This document shows, piece after piece, positions 18,188 to 26,175 of a stretch of 39,593 nt of DNA (the stretch's first letter is position 1; every line of letters begins with the position of its first letter). The translations under genes and the position numbers were made by a program. Below the pieces are notes generated by a model. It saw only the letters and a list, made by a program, of their open reading frames with translations, was not told the DNA's origin and did no database searches. Origin of the DNA: a virus (Duplodnaviria > Caudoviricetes). The stretch spans positions 1-39,593 of IMG/VR virus record IMGVR_UViG_3300011435_000027; one strand, 5' to 3'.

Positions 18188-18660
18188 TTATCGGAATTGA
18201 CCCAGGACAGACCGGAGCAGTTGCAGTCATTTTAGGTAATGGCGCTGTGCATCTCCACGATACACCCACCGAATCAGTTAAAAAAGGCAAAGGAAACAAA
18301 ACCGAATACTTGCCAAGTGCTATGGCCGATATCATTGCTGATTACGAAAAACACGACATCCATGTTTTCCTTGAGTCCGTTCATTCAATGCCGGGTCAAG
18401 GGGTATCGTCAACATTCAATTTTGGGAAGGGGTACGGTATTTGGATAGGGATACTAGCCGCCCTCAATATCCCCTACACGCTTGTAACCCCCCAAGCATG
18501 GAAAAAAGTTATGATGCTTGGAAACTCCGACAAAGATGCCGCCAGAGGAAGAGCACAACAACTGTTCCCTGAATCATCCAAAGAATTATCGTTAAAGAAG
18601 CACATTGGCCGCGCAGACGCGTTATTGATTGCAGAGTATGGCAGACGTATGCACAAATAA
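18184..18660 (+). CDS. RuvC-like Holliday junction resolvase
   Basis: IGIDPG, FLESV, VTPQAWKK, RADALLIA. Confidence 0.85.
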   Translation: MIIGIDPGQTGAVAVILGNGAVHLHDTPTESVKKGKGNKTEYLPSAMADIIADYEKHDIHVFLESVHSMPGQGVSSTFNFGKGYGIWIGILAALNIPYTLVTPQAWKKVMMLGNSDKDAARGRAQQLFPESSKELSLKKHIGRADALLIAEYGRRMHK

Positions 18661-18693
18661 TTCATACCGTTCCAAACTAAAGGAGGTTCACTG

Positions 18694-19098
18694 ATGCAGT
18701 CACTTTATGACCGCGGCATTTATACCGGATGGGCGCTTGTAGTGGAGATGATAGAACGTGGAGACATTAAATCTCTGCCGGAACTCGCCACACATCTAAC
18801 CGGCATATACCAGAACAAGATAGATGACCGACTCCAACTTGTAGTTGACCACGCCTATTCTATGCACAAGACACTCACACTGCCCAAAAACGCACAAAAA
18901 GGCGGATGGAAGGGCATGGATACGGCAACCCTTATCAGTTTGTTGGACAAGGAAATAGAAGAGTTTTACGCGGCATTATGGGCCTGTGACTTTCATGGGG
19001 GCGCCCCGGAGAGAGTGGCAGAAGAGGCAAGCGATATGTCAAATTTTGCGGCCATGATCGTTGATAACTGCCGAACCACACGAGTAAGCAATAATTAA
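18694..19098 (+). CDS. MazG-like domain protein (tentative)
   Basis: KEIEEF..EEASDMSNFAAMI acidic helical motif; RBS AAGGAGG. Confidence 0.5.
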   Translation: MQSLYDRGIYTGWALVVEMIERGDIKSLPELATHLTGIYQNKIDDRLQLVVDHAYSMHKTLTLPKNAQKGGWKGMDTATLISLLDKEIEEFYAALWACDFHGGAPERVAEEASDMSNFAAMIVDNCRTTRVSNN

Positions 19099-19105
19099 GA
19101 TTCAC

Positions 19106-19134
19106 TTGCATTACCCGCTGATTTCTGGTATGTA
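19106..19134 (+). promoter_or_regulatory. Sigma70-like promoter
   Basis: TTGCAT-N17-TATGTA with TGn; same -10 as the 23898 candidate. Confidence 0.45.
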
Positions 19135-19226
19135 GTGGGTACAAATAAAATTAAATATTAGCTTTGTCGGCGGCACCCGGCCTTGCAAAATTTCTTTTGA
19201 CTGGCATAAGCCAGTAAAAGGCAATT

Positions 19227-19271
19227 ACCCCCTGAGTGAATCGTGCCGGATTCCTTGGGGGGTTTTTGTTT
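19227..19271 (+). terminator. Terminator/attenuator-like hairpin upstream of the initiator gene
   Basis: ACCCCCTGAG..GAATC/GATTC..CTTGGGGGGT followed by a T-rich tract. Confidence 0.55.
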
Positions 19272-19288
19272 GCATTACGGGAGGGGAT

Positions 19289-19996
19289 GTGAAAATACGA
19301 AACTGGTCTAAGTTTCAACACTTCAAAGATAGAAACCCACCTTGGATAAAACTGCACCGTGAAACTTTGATACAACGTGATATCATGATGATATCAAGCT
19401 GTCATTTCAGACTTCTTATTTGCCTTTGGATACTCGCCTCAGAAGATAGGGAAAAAGAGGGTAATTTACCATCAATTGAGGATATTTCTTTTAGGCTAAG
19501 GATGGATGAGAAGGAAATTGCTCAATTATTATCAGGTCTTACAATATGGATAGATGATATTGATATCAAGATGATATCAGAGCGATATCAAGTTGGACCC
19601 CCAGAGACAGAGACAGAGACATATAAACCAGAGACAGAGACAAAGAAAAAGAAAACCCTTTGCGCATTTGACAATGCGCGACTATCTGACTTCAATCGTT
19701 TTTGGGATTCTTTCGGGTATAAGAAAGGAAAAGGCGGAGCAGAAAAGGCGTGGATGAAGATTAAAAACTATTCGCCTGAATTAGTGGAAACGATTATTCT
19801 AGCCGCCGAACTGGAAACAAACCAAAGGCACTTTGTTATGCAACGGGGTGGAACTCCAAAATGGGCAGAGGGATGGTTAAACGAAAGACGATGGGAAGAT
19901 GAACACGTACCGATTGTGATACCAATGAGCGACAGGCAGATAAGAGAAGCACAAGGCATGGAATCTCTCAGGCAATGGGCAGAGGGGGAGATATGA
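19289..19996 (+). CDS. Replication initiator (O-like replisome organiser)
   Basis: NWSKFQHFKDRNPPWIKLH; ETETET linker; FNRFW..KK.K..AEKAW and WLNERRWEDE; GTG start. Confidence 0.8.
   Translation: MKIRNWSKFQHFKDRNPPWIKLHRETLIQRDIMMISSCHFRLLICLWILASEDREKEGNLPSIEDISFRLRMDEKEIAQLLSGLTIWIDDIDIKMISERYQVGPPETETETYKPETETKKKKTLCAFDNARLSDFNRFWDSFGYKKGKGGAEKAWMKIKNYSPELVETIILAAELETNQRHFVMQRGGTPKWAEGWLNERRWEDEHVPIVIPMSDRQIREAQGMESLRQWAEGEI
19562..19641. repeat. Putative origin iterons (GATATC at 11-bp spacing) and GAGACA repeats
   Basis: GATATC at 19562, 19573 and 19584 (another pair at 19379 and 19390) inside the initiator gene. Confidence 0.6.
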
Positions 19997-20451
19997 CAGA
20001 TAACGACAAGAAACAGTTTGCTGCGGCAATGGCCGGACTCTACAAGATATTCAACAAAGAACCGGACACAGACATCACAAGGGTATTGTTCTTTACTCTC
20101 CAACACCTTGACATTGCAGGGGCCGAGTATTGCATATCCCAAGCAATACTGAAAGAGGCGCGTTTTCCACTCCCAAAAGACCTTGTTAAATATCAGCACG
20201 AAATACCCCGTAAAGCGTTACCGAGGGTTGAATACAAGGCAGAGTATAACGATAAACTTAAAGACCAGTCTATGAGGATAATCAATGGCATCCTTGATGG
20301 TGAATTCACTAAAGAACAAACAATCAAAGAAATGGAAGCGATGGAAATACAACACCCCCGTATTGGGTGGAGTGAGCAAGCCGCAAGTCTCGCCAGATAT
20401 TACAGTTCCGAGTCACGAGACACCCCTGGTGGATGGCATGACCGTGACTGA
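19993..20451 (+). CDS. Replication accessory protein, possible helicase loader
   Basis: ATGA overlap with the initiator; MT..DK..F..M start and RFPLPKD motif; P-like position. Confidence 0.55.
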   Translation: MTDNDKKQFAAAMAGLYKIFNKEPDTDITRVLFFTLQHLDIAGAEYCISQAILKEARFPLPKDLVKYQHEIPRKALPRVEYKAEYNDKLKDQSMRIINGILDGEFTKEQTIKEMEAMEIQHPRIGWSEQAASLARYYSSESRDTPGGWHDRD

Positions 20452-20505
20452 ATTAGCAGACAGTTTATTTTAGTTTACCGGCCTAGTCGCGGCATAGGAG
20501 AGGAA

Positions 20506-20685
20506 ATGAGTAAAGTTCATTTTGAGGGCAGAACAGAGATAAGAGCAGCTAGGCTTTACCGTGTCGCTGCTTGTGGTAGCTTGTGGGAAGATGCCGCGAG
20601 AAAAGAATATCTAATCACGAAAGAGGCATGTTTAGTGACTTGTCAGAGATGCGCTAAGAATATGAAGGTTAGTCCACAACCCTGA
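20506..20685 (+). CDS. 59-aa zinc-finger-like protein
   Basis: H..ACG..VTCQRC; RBS GGAGAGG. Confidence 0.6.
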   Translation: MSKVHFEGRTEIRAARLYRVAACGSLWEDAARKEYLITKEACLVTCQRCAKNMKVSPQP

Positions 20686-21008
20686 TGAGAAAGGAGATGA
20701 GCGATGGTACACGAATTAAAGACCGATTCGGTGGTATTTCAGGACGTAATGAACTGCGTAAAGAAATTTGAGATACGCAAGAACGACAGGGGTTTTCAAG
20801 TAGGTGATTATCTCTGGCTACGAGAAACAGCATACACAGGCGCGGAAATGGCGCAAGGAGAGCAGTTAATCTACACAGGCGGTGATGTGGTGGTCAAAGT
20901 TTATCACATCCTTAACGGACCGATATACGGCCTTGTTGACGGTTGGTGCATTATGTCAATCGGCTTATGTTGAGTCAGTCGAGATAACGAATAAGGAGGC
21001 AGTATGAA
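20667..21008 (+). repeat. ~342-bp direct repeat, copy 1
   Basis: Matches 21822..22164; I count 4 substitutions and 1 indel. Confidence 0.95.
20704..20973 (+). CDS. DUF3850/ASCH-like protein, copy 1
   Basis: HELK..F..V..K.FEIRKNDRGFQVGDYL.LRE. Confidence 0.85.
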   Translation: MVHELKTDSVVFQDVMNCVKKFEIRKNDRGFQVGDYLWLRETAYTGAEMAQGEQLIYTGGDVVVKVYHILNGPIYGLVDGWCIMSIGLC

Positions 21009-21294
21009 AACAGCGCATGAACTTTTTGACGGCAGCGAAGCACATTTATTGGACGAAGACCAGCCTTCCGCTGCATCGGCTGGTTTGGTTTGGTCAACGG
21101 AAGTGCCAACTATTCCAGGCTGGTACTGGTATAAAGATCATCACGGAGTAGTGAGGATTGAGCAGGTGCACCAACATTTGCAAGATTCTGACACCCTGAC
21201 AATACTTGAAAACTCGTGGATGGGTTGGCGGCATGTGTCTATAAAAAACATGGGCCGGCAGTGGGCTGGTCCGATTATTCCTCCGATAAACTGA
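21004..21294 (+). CDS. Hypothetical protein
   Basis: RBS AAGGAGG; WSTEVPTIPGWYWY..QWAGPI. Confidence 0.65.
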   Translation: MKTAHELFDGSEAHLLDEDQPSAASAGLVWSTEVPTIPGWYWYKDHHGVVRIEQVHQHLQDSDTLTILENSWMGWRHVSIKNMGRQWAGPIIPPIN

Positions 21295-21330
21295 TATTTA
21301 GCCCTCCTGAGTGGGGAGAAAGGAGACAGG

Positions 21331-21603
21331 ATGAACGACAATAGTTCAGACAGAGCATGTAATGCAATTTGTGAATATGCGTCACAAGTAAAAGACAGGA
21401 TGATAGAGGCCGTGAGTTGCTACGACCTTCCGCAAACAATATTCCGACCTAAACTCACGATAGACGGCAATCAGTGGTGTGCCCTGTATGGTGATGATTT
21501 ACAAAGCGGAGTGGCGGGGTTTGGTGATTCCCCTTATGCGGCAATGAATGATTTTGACAACAACTGGTATAAAAAGTTGCCGCAGAAAGTGGAGGGTTTA
21601 TGA
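21331..21603 (+). CDS. Hypothetical protein
   Basis: RBS AAGGAG; DGNQWCALYG..LQSGVAGFGDSP..AM..FD. Confidence 0.7.
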   Translation: MNDNSSDRACNAICEYASQVKDRMIEAVSCYDLPQTIFRPKLTIDGNQWCALYGDDLQSGVAGFGDSPYAAMNDFDNNWYKKLPQKVEGL

Positions 21604-21827
21604 GACGGAATATGTTTGAACGCATGTCAGACAAGAGGTGTGCTGTTCACAAAGCCGAGATTGACGGAATTGTGGCTGACAGTCTTGATGTAAGAAAAGC
21701 CCTGATGGAACGTGTAACTTCGGGTGAAATTACGCTTGCTCAAGCGCAGGATGAACTTGCCAAGATTAAAAGAGGAGCAAAAGCCTCCGGCAAGATAACC
21801 AGAGAACAGGCATATAATCGCGGTTAG
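21600..21827 (+). CDS. Hypothetical protein
   Basis: ATGA overlap; RBS GGAGG. Confidence 0.6.
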   Translation: MRRNMFERMSDKRCAVHKAEIDGIVADSLDVRKALMERVTSGEITLAQAQDELAKIKRGAKASGKITREQAYNRG

Positions 21828-22164
21828 TCCACAACCCTGATGGAGAAAGGAGATGAGCGATGGTACACGAATTAAAGACCGATTCAGCGGTATTTCAGGA
21901 CGTAATGAACTGCGTAAAGAAATTTGAGATACGCAAGAACGACAGGGGTTTTCAAGTAGGTGATTATCTCTGGCTACGAGAAACAGCATACACAGGCGCA
22001 GAAATGGCGCAAGGAGAGCAGTTAATCTACACAGGCGGTGATGTGGTGGTCAAAGTTTATCACATCCTTAACGGACCGATATACGGCCTTGTTGACGGTT
22101 GGTGCATTATGTCAATCGGCTTGTGTTGAGTCAGTCGAGATAACGAATAAGGAGGCAGTATGAA
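21822..22164 (+). repeat. ~343-bp direct repeat, copy 2
   Basis: Matches 20667..21008. Confidence 0.95.
21860..22129 (+). CDS. DUF3850/ASCH-like protein, copy 2
   Basis: Differs from copy 1 by one residue (V10A). Confidence 0.85.
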   Translation: MVHELKTDSAVFQDVMNCVKKFEIRKNDRGFQVGDYLWLRETAYTGAEMAQGEQLIYTGGDVVVKVYHILNGPIYGLVDGWCIMSIGLC

Positions 22165-22540
22165 CGAATATGAGGATGGTCCCGCAGAACAACTTGAACA
22201 GGAATTAGCAGACTATGAGAAGCGCCAGCCTTCCGCTGCATCGGCTGGGTATGAAAAGATGGAGGTAATTAAAGGTACGAAGCCGCTTGCTATGTACGAA
22301 GTAATAAGCGTTGGATTCGGTTCTGCCATGCTCCTGAGAGATAACAAGCCCGTATGGGTGGAATCTCAAAACGATGAATATACCGACTGCTTGACTGTGA
22401 AACAGGCGGAGTCAATGGCGGCTATGTATCCAGAGTGTGATTGGCGCATTCACCTTATCGGCCCCCTATCTGAGTTTTATTATCAGCGGCAGGGAAACGA
22501 GAAATGGGTGATGTATGAAAAAGGTAAGGGATTCGCATAG
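22160..22540 (+). CDS. Hypothetical protein
   Basis: RBS AAGGAGG; shares QPSAASAG with the 21004 ORF. Confidence 0.65.
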   Translation: MNEYEDGPAEQLEQELADYEKRQPSAASAGYEKMEVIKGTKPLAMYEVISVGFGSAMLLRDNKPVWVESQNDEYTDCLTVKQAESMAAMYPECDWRIHLIGPLSEFYYQRQGNEKWVMYEKGKGFA

Positions 22541-22571
22541 CCCTCCTGAGTGGGGAGAAAGGAGACAGTAC

Positions 22572-22793
22572 ATGGTAAGGCAATTACAGCGATTCAGAGT
22601 TGGTGATATTATCAGGATGCCGCATTACGCAACATGCGGGGGATTCCGTTGCTGGAAAGTGATAGCTGAGATATTAGGAGGGGTCAAACAAGAAGGGACA
22701 TACCAACTGCAACCGCTGGACGTTTCCGACAATGAGACGATACAAGTCCCTTGCTTAATTCTTGAGTCTCATCCTGAAATAACAAGGATATAA
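22572..22793 (+). CDS. Hypothetical protein
   Basis: ATG 22572 follows the RBS within the 31-bp linker repeat. Confidence 0.6.
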   Translation: MVRQLQRFRVGDIIRMPHYATCGGFRCWKVIAEILGGVKQEGTYQLQPLDVSDNETIQVPCLILESHPEITRI

Positions 22794-22828
22794 ACTGTTT
22801 AGCGGCCACGGCCAAGGGGAGAGATAGG

Positions 22829-22987
22829 ATGAAAACAAGAAACCCTCCAAAATGGTACGTTGAGTACCGAAACGATACCAGAGATTATGCCGTGGTAAAA
22901 GACGGATCCACCGACTCCCTGCATTGGAATAGAATTGAGGCATTACAGCGCATAGTCATTTTGGAAGAAGGGGAGAGTGGAGAATGA
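22829..22987 (+). CDS. 52-aa hypothetical protein
   Basis: Purine-rich RBS; ATGA-coupled to the next gene. Confidence 0.5.
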   Translation: MKTRNPPKWYVEYRNDTRDYAVVKDGSTDSLHWNRIEALQRIVILEEGESGE

Positions 22988-23208
22988 CTTTCGAGGAAAA
23001 GAAAGACAGTTTCAAAAACGTAGCAACAGACGCTGATGGTTTCAATGTGTATCGGTCTTGGCACTTATCATCCATGTATGATGCTGGTTACGCCGCTGGC
23101 AAAGAAAGGGCGGCGGAGATATGTGATAACTTAAAGGGTGATTACGCCAACACCGGGCTTGCCACTAACTACGATTGTGCCGAGGCAATCAGGAGGGACG
23201 GAGAATGA
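22984..23208 (+). CDS. Hypothetical protein
   Basis: ERAAEICD..CAEAIR; coupled at both ends. Confidence 0.6.
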   Translation: MTFEEKKDSFKNVATDADGFNVYRSWHLSSMYDAGYAAGKERAAEICDNLKGDYANTGLATNYDCAEAIRRDGE

Positions 23209-23891
23209 GCGAGAAAGTTGAAGCGGCAAAGCATTGGATTGAGATTAATAAAACATCAAGACGGCCAACAGCACCAGAAGCAATAACGTTGTTAGAAGGT
23301 CTTTTATCCGAAATCCAGCGCCTCACCGAAGAGGTAGAAAGACTCAAAAACGAAAACATAAACCATTTTAACGAGATGTTTACCAAAAATCGGGAATTAA
23401 TGGCAGAGATTACCCGCCTCAAAACAGCCCTATCAGGCCGCACATACTACCACGACAACGCAGCGGTTGAGGAAGAGAATAAAAGACTGGCGAGTGAGCT
23501 TAATGAATACAAGATTGCTAATAGCTTTGGCAGGCAGAGGGTAGAAGAACTTAAATCAGATTTACGCAAGTGTCATAGAATGTACGAACAAGCGGCAGTT
23601 AGATATTTTGAATTAGGTGGAGATGTGATGGATGATTATAACCAAAACATCACACGCCATGAGCATGTTGATTGCCCTGAAATGAGAGATAAAGCTGATT
23701 CAATGTTGTGGCATTGTGAACAAATCGTGAAACTTACCGCCGCCCTCCAATCCGCACAGAAAGAGACGGCAAGGGACTGTATAGCAATGCTTGACAACGT
23801 GTACGCCACATACAAAGGATTTATGGCGACCGGCAAAGGCATGATGGAGCTAACGAAGGACGCTATCAAGTCTCGCTACGGAGTGGAGTGA
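23205..23891 (+). CDS. Coiled-coil hypothetical protein (Ead/Ea22-like)
   Basis: PEAITLL..LLSEIQRL and heptad repeats; start 23205 by ATGA overlap. Confidence 0.55.
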   Translation: MSEKVEAAKHWIEINKTSRRPTAPEAITLLEGLLSEIQRLTEEVERLKNENINHFNEMFTKNRELMAEITRLKTALSGRTYYHDNAAVEEENKRLASELNEYKIANSFGRQRVEELKSDLRKCHRMYEQAAVRYFELGGDVMDDYNQNITRHEHVDCPEMRDKADSMLWHCEQIVKLTAALQSAQKETARDCIAMLDNVYATYKGFMATGKGMMELTKDAIKSRYGVE

Positions 23892-23897
23892 TAAGAA

Positions 23898-23926
23898 TTG
23901 ACATACCATTAAAAATATGCTATGTA
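23898..23926 (+). promoter_or_regulatory. Promoter upstream of the packaging/late operon
   Basis: TTGACA-N17-TATGTA with TGn. Confidence 0.6.
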
Positions 23927-23951
23927 ACGGCACAATACCATTGGAGACGGA

Positions 23952-24278
23952 ATGAACATCAATGACCGCACCATAAACGCCTCGCAGCATTTCCGATTTT
24001 CCGCCGCTCAACAGGAAGGGGAAACTCTCCAATACATAATCAGTTATGCTTCGATTCTCCAGTCAGCCGAAATATCCACAAGCACATGGGAAGCATCAAC
24101 AGCATCAGTCGCAAGCCCTTCTAACACAACCACATCAGCAACAGCCAAAATAACCGCATCATCCGGCCGGCACGAAATCACCAACACAATCACAACCACT
24201 ACAGGCGAAACACACAAGCGCATTATAGCCCTTGTCGTCAAGCGCGACGATAACTACGCAGCAGGGGATTACAACTGA
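23952..24278 (+). CDS. Small Thr/Ser-rich beta protein, possible fibre adaptor
   Basis: ISTSTW..ITNTITTTTGET..R pattern; first late gene. Confidence 0.5.
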   Translation: MNINDRTINASQHFRFSAAQQEGETLQYIISYASILQSAEISTSTWEASTASVASPSNTTTSATAKITASSGRHEITNTITTTTGETHKRIIALVVKRDDNYAAGDYN

Positions 24279-24730
24279 TGACTGCCCCAGCAAAACAGAA
24301 ACATGCAGGAGGCAGACCGCCTAAGTTCTCAGCCGCCGCAGAGATGCAAGCAAAGATAGACGAATACTTTGCTCAATGTGATACTAAAGATAAACCTTAC
24401 ACGATATCAGGGCTTGCTTATCACCTCGACATGACAACACAGGCGTTAAGAGACTATGGCAGAAAAGGCGATGAGTTTCTTTGCGTTAAAAAAGCTAAAC
24501 AGCGGATTGAGTCCTGTTTTGAAGAGAACTTGACAAAAGGGAACGCGACCGGATCAATATTTTGGCTAAAAAACCACGCAGGATATAAAGACGCTATTGA
24601 GCAGAAGCACACAGGCGACCCCGATAATCCTGTTATCGTTCAACACATCCGCCCTTCAATCACCAGAGAGGAATGGTTAAAGCATCATGGCCTGGACACC
24701 GCAAGCGGGACCACAGTTAGCGGCACTTGA
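24278..24730 (+). CDS. terS: Terminase small subunit
   Basis: GGRPPKF..IDEYF..PYTISGLAYHL..IFWLKN; overlaps TerL. Confidence 0.85.
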   Translation: MTAPAKQKHAGGRPPKFSAAAEMQAKIDEYFAQCDTKDKPYTISGLAYHLDMTTQALRDYGRKGDEFLCVKKAKQRIESCFEENLTKGNATGSIFWLKNHAGYKDAIEQKHTGDPDNPVIVQHIRPSITREEWLKHHGLDTASGTTVSGT

Positions 24731-26075
24731 AGCTGATTGGTGCGATGAACTTTTCTTTGGTGGCGAACGCGGCGGTGGTAAATCCGATTTACAGCTAGGC
24801 TACCAAGAGGACGGAGCTTTAAAGTATGGCAAGCACTCAAATGGTATCATGTTCCGCAAGACGTATCCAGAGATGGAGGAATTACAAAGCAGGGCAGTAG
24901 AGATATTTACGGCATCAGGCGCGGCGTTCAGAACTCAGCCATCAGGCAATTACCCTTTTTCTAACTGCTGGTACTGGCCTAACGGCGCAACAGTCAAGAT
25001 GCGGTACATAGAGAATGAGAAGGATTACGGCAGATACCACGGCCACCAATACACGCGAATCAGCTTTGACGAAGTAACTGAGTATCCAACACCCGACGGT
25101 CTTTTAAAAATGTTGTCAACTCTGCGATCAGCTAACGGTGTGCCTTGCTCCATGAGGTCAACCGGCAATCCTGGCGGCATTGGTCATGTATGGGTAAAGG
25201 CGAGATATGTTGATATTTCCCCGCCGTTTACACCTTATACTGACCCTGAAACCGGCTTTACTCGGATGTTCATACCTTCAAAACTATCTGATAACCAGAT
25301 ACTTGTAAGGAACGACCCGAACTATCGCAACAGGATATTAGCCGCGACATCAGGCAATGAAGCACTCAGGAAGGCATGGACAGAAGGCGCTTGGGATATC
25401 GTAGCAGGGGCGTTCTTCTCAAGGTGGGACAGTAACAAGCATGTTGTCTCACCCTTTGAAATACCTGCAGACTGGACGCGGTTTTGCTCTTTCGATTGGG
25501 GTTCCTCGCATCCGTTCTCTGTTGGATGGTGGGCAGTTTCAGACGGTACACTGCCGAAATACCCATCAGGAGCGTTGATAAGGTTCAGGGAATGGTACGG
25601 CATGGCCCGCCCGAACGTAGGTCTTAAAATGTCAGCACAAGCCGTTGCAAGTGGCATAAAAGAGCGAGAGAACGAGAATATTGCTTACAGAGTTGCCGAC
25701 CCTGCCATATTCGCAGAGAACGGTGGTCCTTCAATAGCTCAATCAATGTTGCCTTTGGCTTGGAAGCCAGGAGATAACAAGAGGCAGCCAGGATGGACGC
25801 AGATAAACAATAGATTGATCGGCATAGACGGACGACCGATGATTTATTGGTTTAATACCTGTGTAGATTCAATCAGGACTATTCCTGGGTTGCAACATGA
25901 TAAAAACAAGATTGAGGATGTAGACACAGACGGGGAAGACCATGCAGGAGACGATACGAGATATGCTTGTATGTCAAGACCGTGGATAATGCCAAAGACC
26001 GAACCGGAACCAGAAACAGACCGCTGGGACAACGCATTTAACGAAGAACCAGAAAACGATTGGAAAACGATATAA
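24687..26075 (+). CDS. terL: Terminase large subunit
   Basis: Walker A GGERGGGKS, Walker B FDE, TGNPGG, nuclease FDWG and EDHAGDDTRY. Confidence 0.95.
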   Translation: MAWTPQAGPQLAALEADWCDELFFGGERGGGKSDLQLGYQEDGALKYGKHSNGIMFRKTYPEMEELQSRAVEIFTASGAAFRTQPSGNYPFSNCWYWPNGATVKMRYIENEKDYGRYHGHQYTRISFDEVTEYPTPDGLLKMLSTLRSANGVPCSMRSTGNPGGIGHVWVKARYVDISPPFTPYTDPETGFTRMFIPSKLSDNQILVRNDPNYRNRILAATSGNEALRKAWTEGAWDIVAGAFFSRWDSNKHVVSPFEIPADWTRFCSFDWGSSHPFSVGWWAVSDGTLPKYPSGALIRFREWYGMARPNVGLKMSAQAVASGIKERENENIAYRVADPAIFAENGGPSIAQSMLPLAWKPGDNKRQPGWTQINNRLIGIDGRPMIYWFNTCVDSIRTIPGLQHDKNKIEDVDTDGEDHAGDDTRYACMSRPWIMPKTEPEPETDRWDNAFNEEPENDWKTI

Positions 26076-26175
26076 ATCAAAGTGTTTTAGTACTGAGCGC
26101 ATGGCATTTAGTGTAATAAAAATAGACAGTTGAAAATTGACCCCTTTGCCGCCTAACAGCAGCCAGGAGCAGACA

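Noticed and set aside
20667-22164. Diversity-generating retroelement TR/VR pair
   Set aside because: Only a few differences, not one-directional at adenines; no reverse transcriptase in the window
21060-22568. CRISPR-like array from the 24- and 31-bp repeats
   Set aside because: Two copies each, more than 1 kb apart, with genes between; no cas genes
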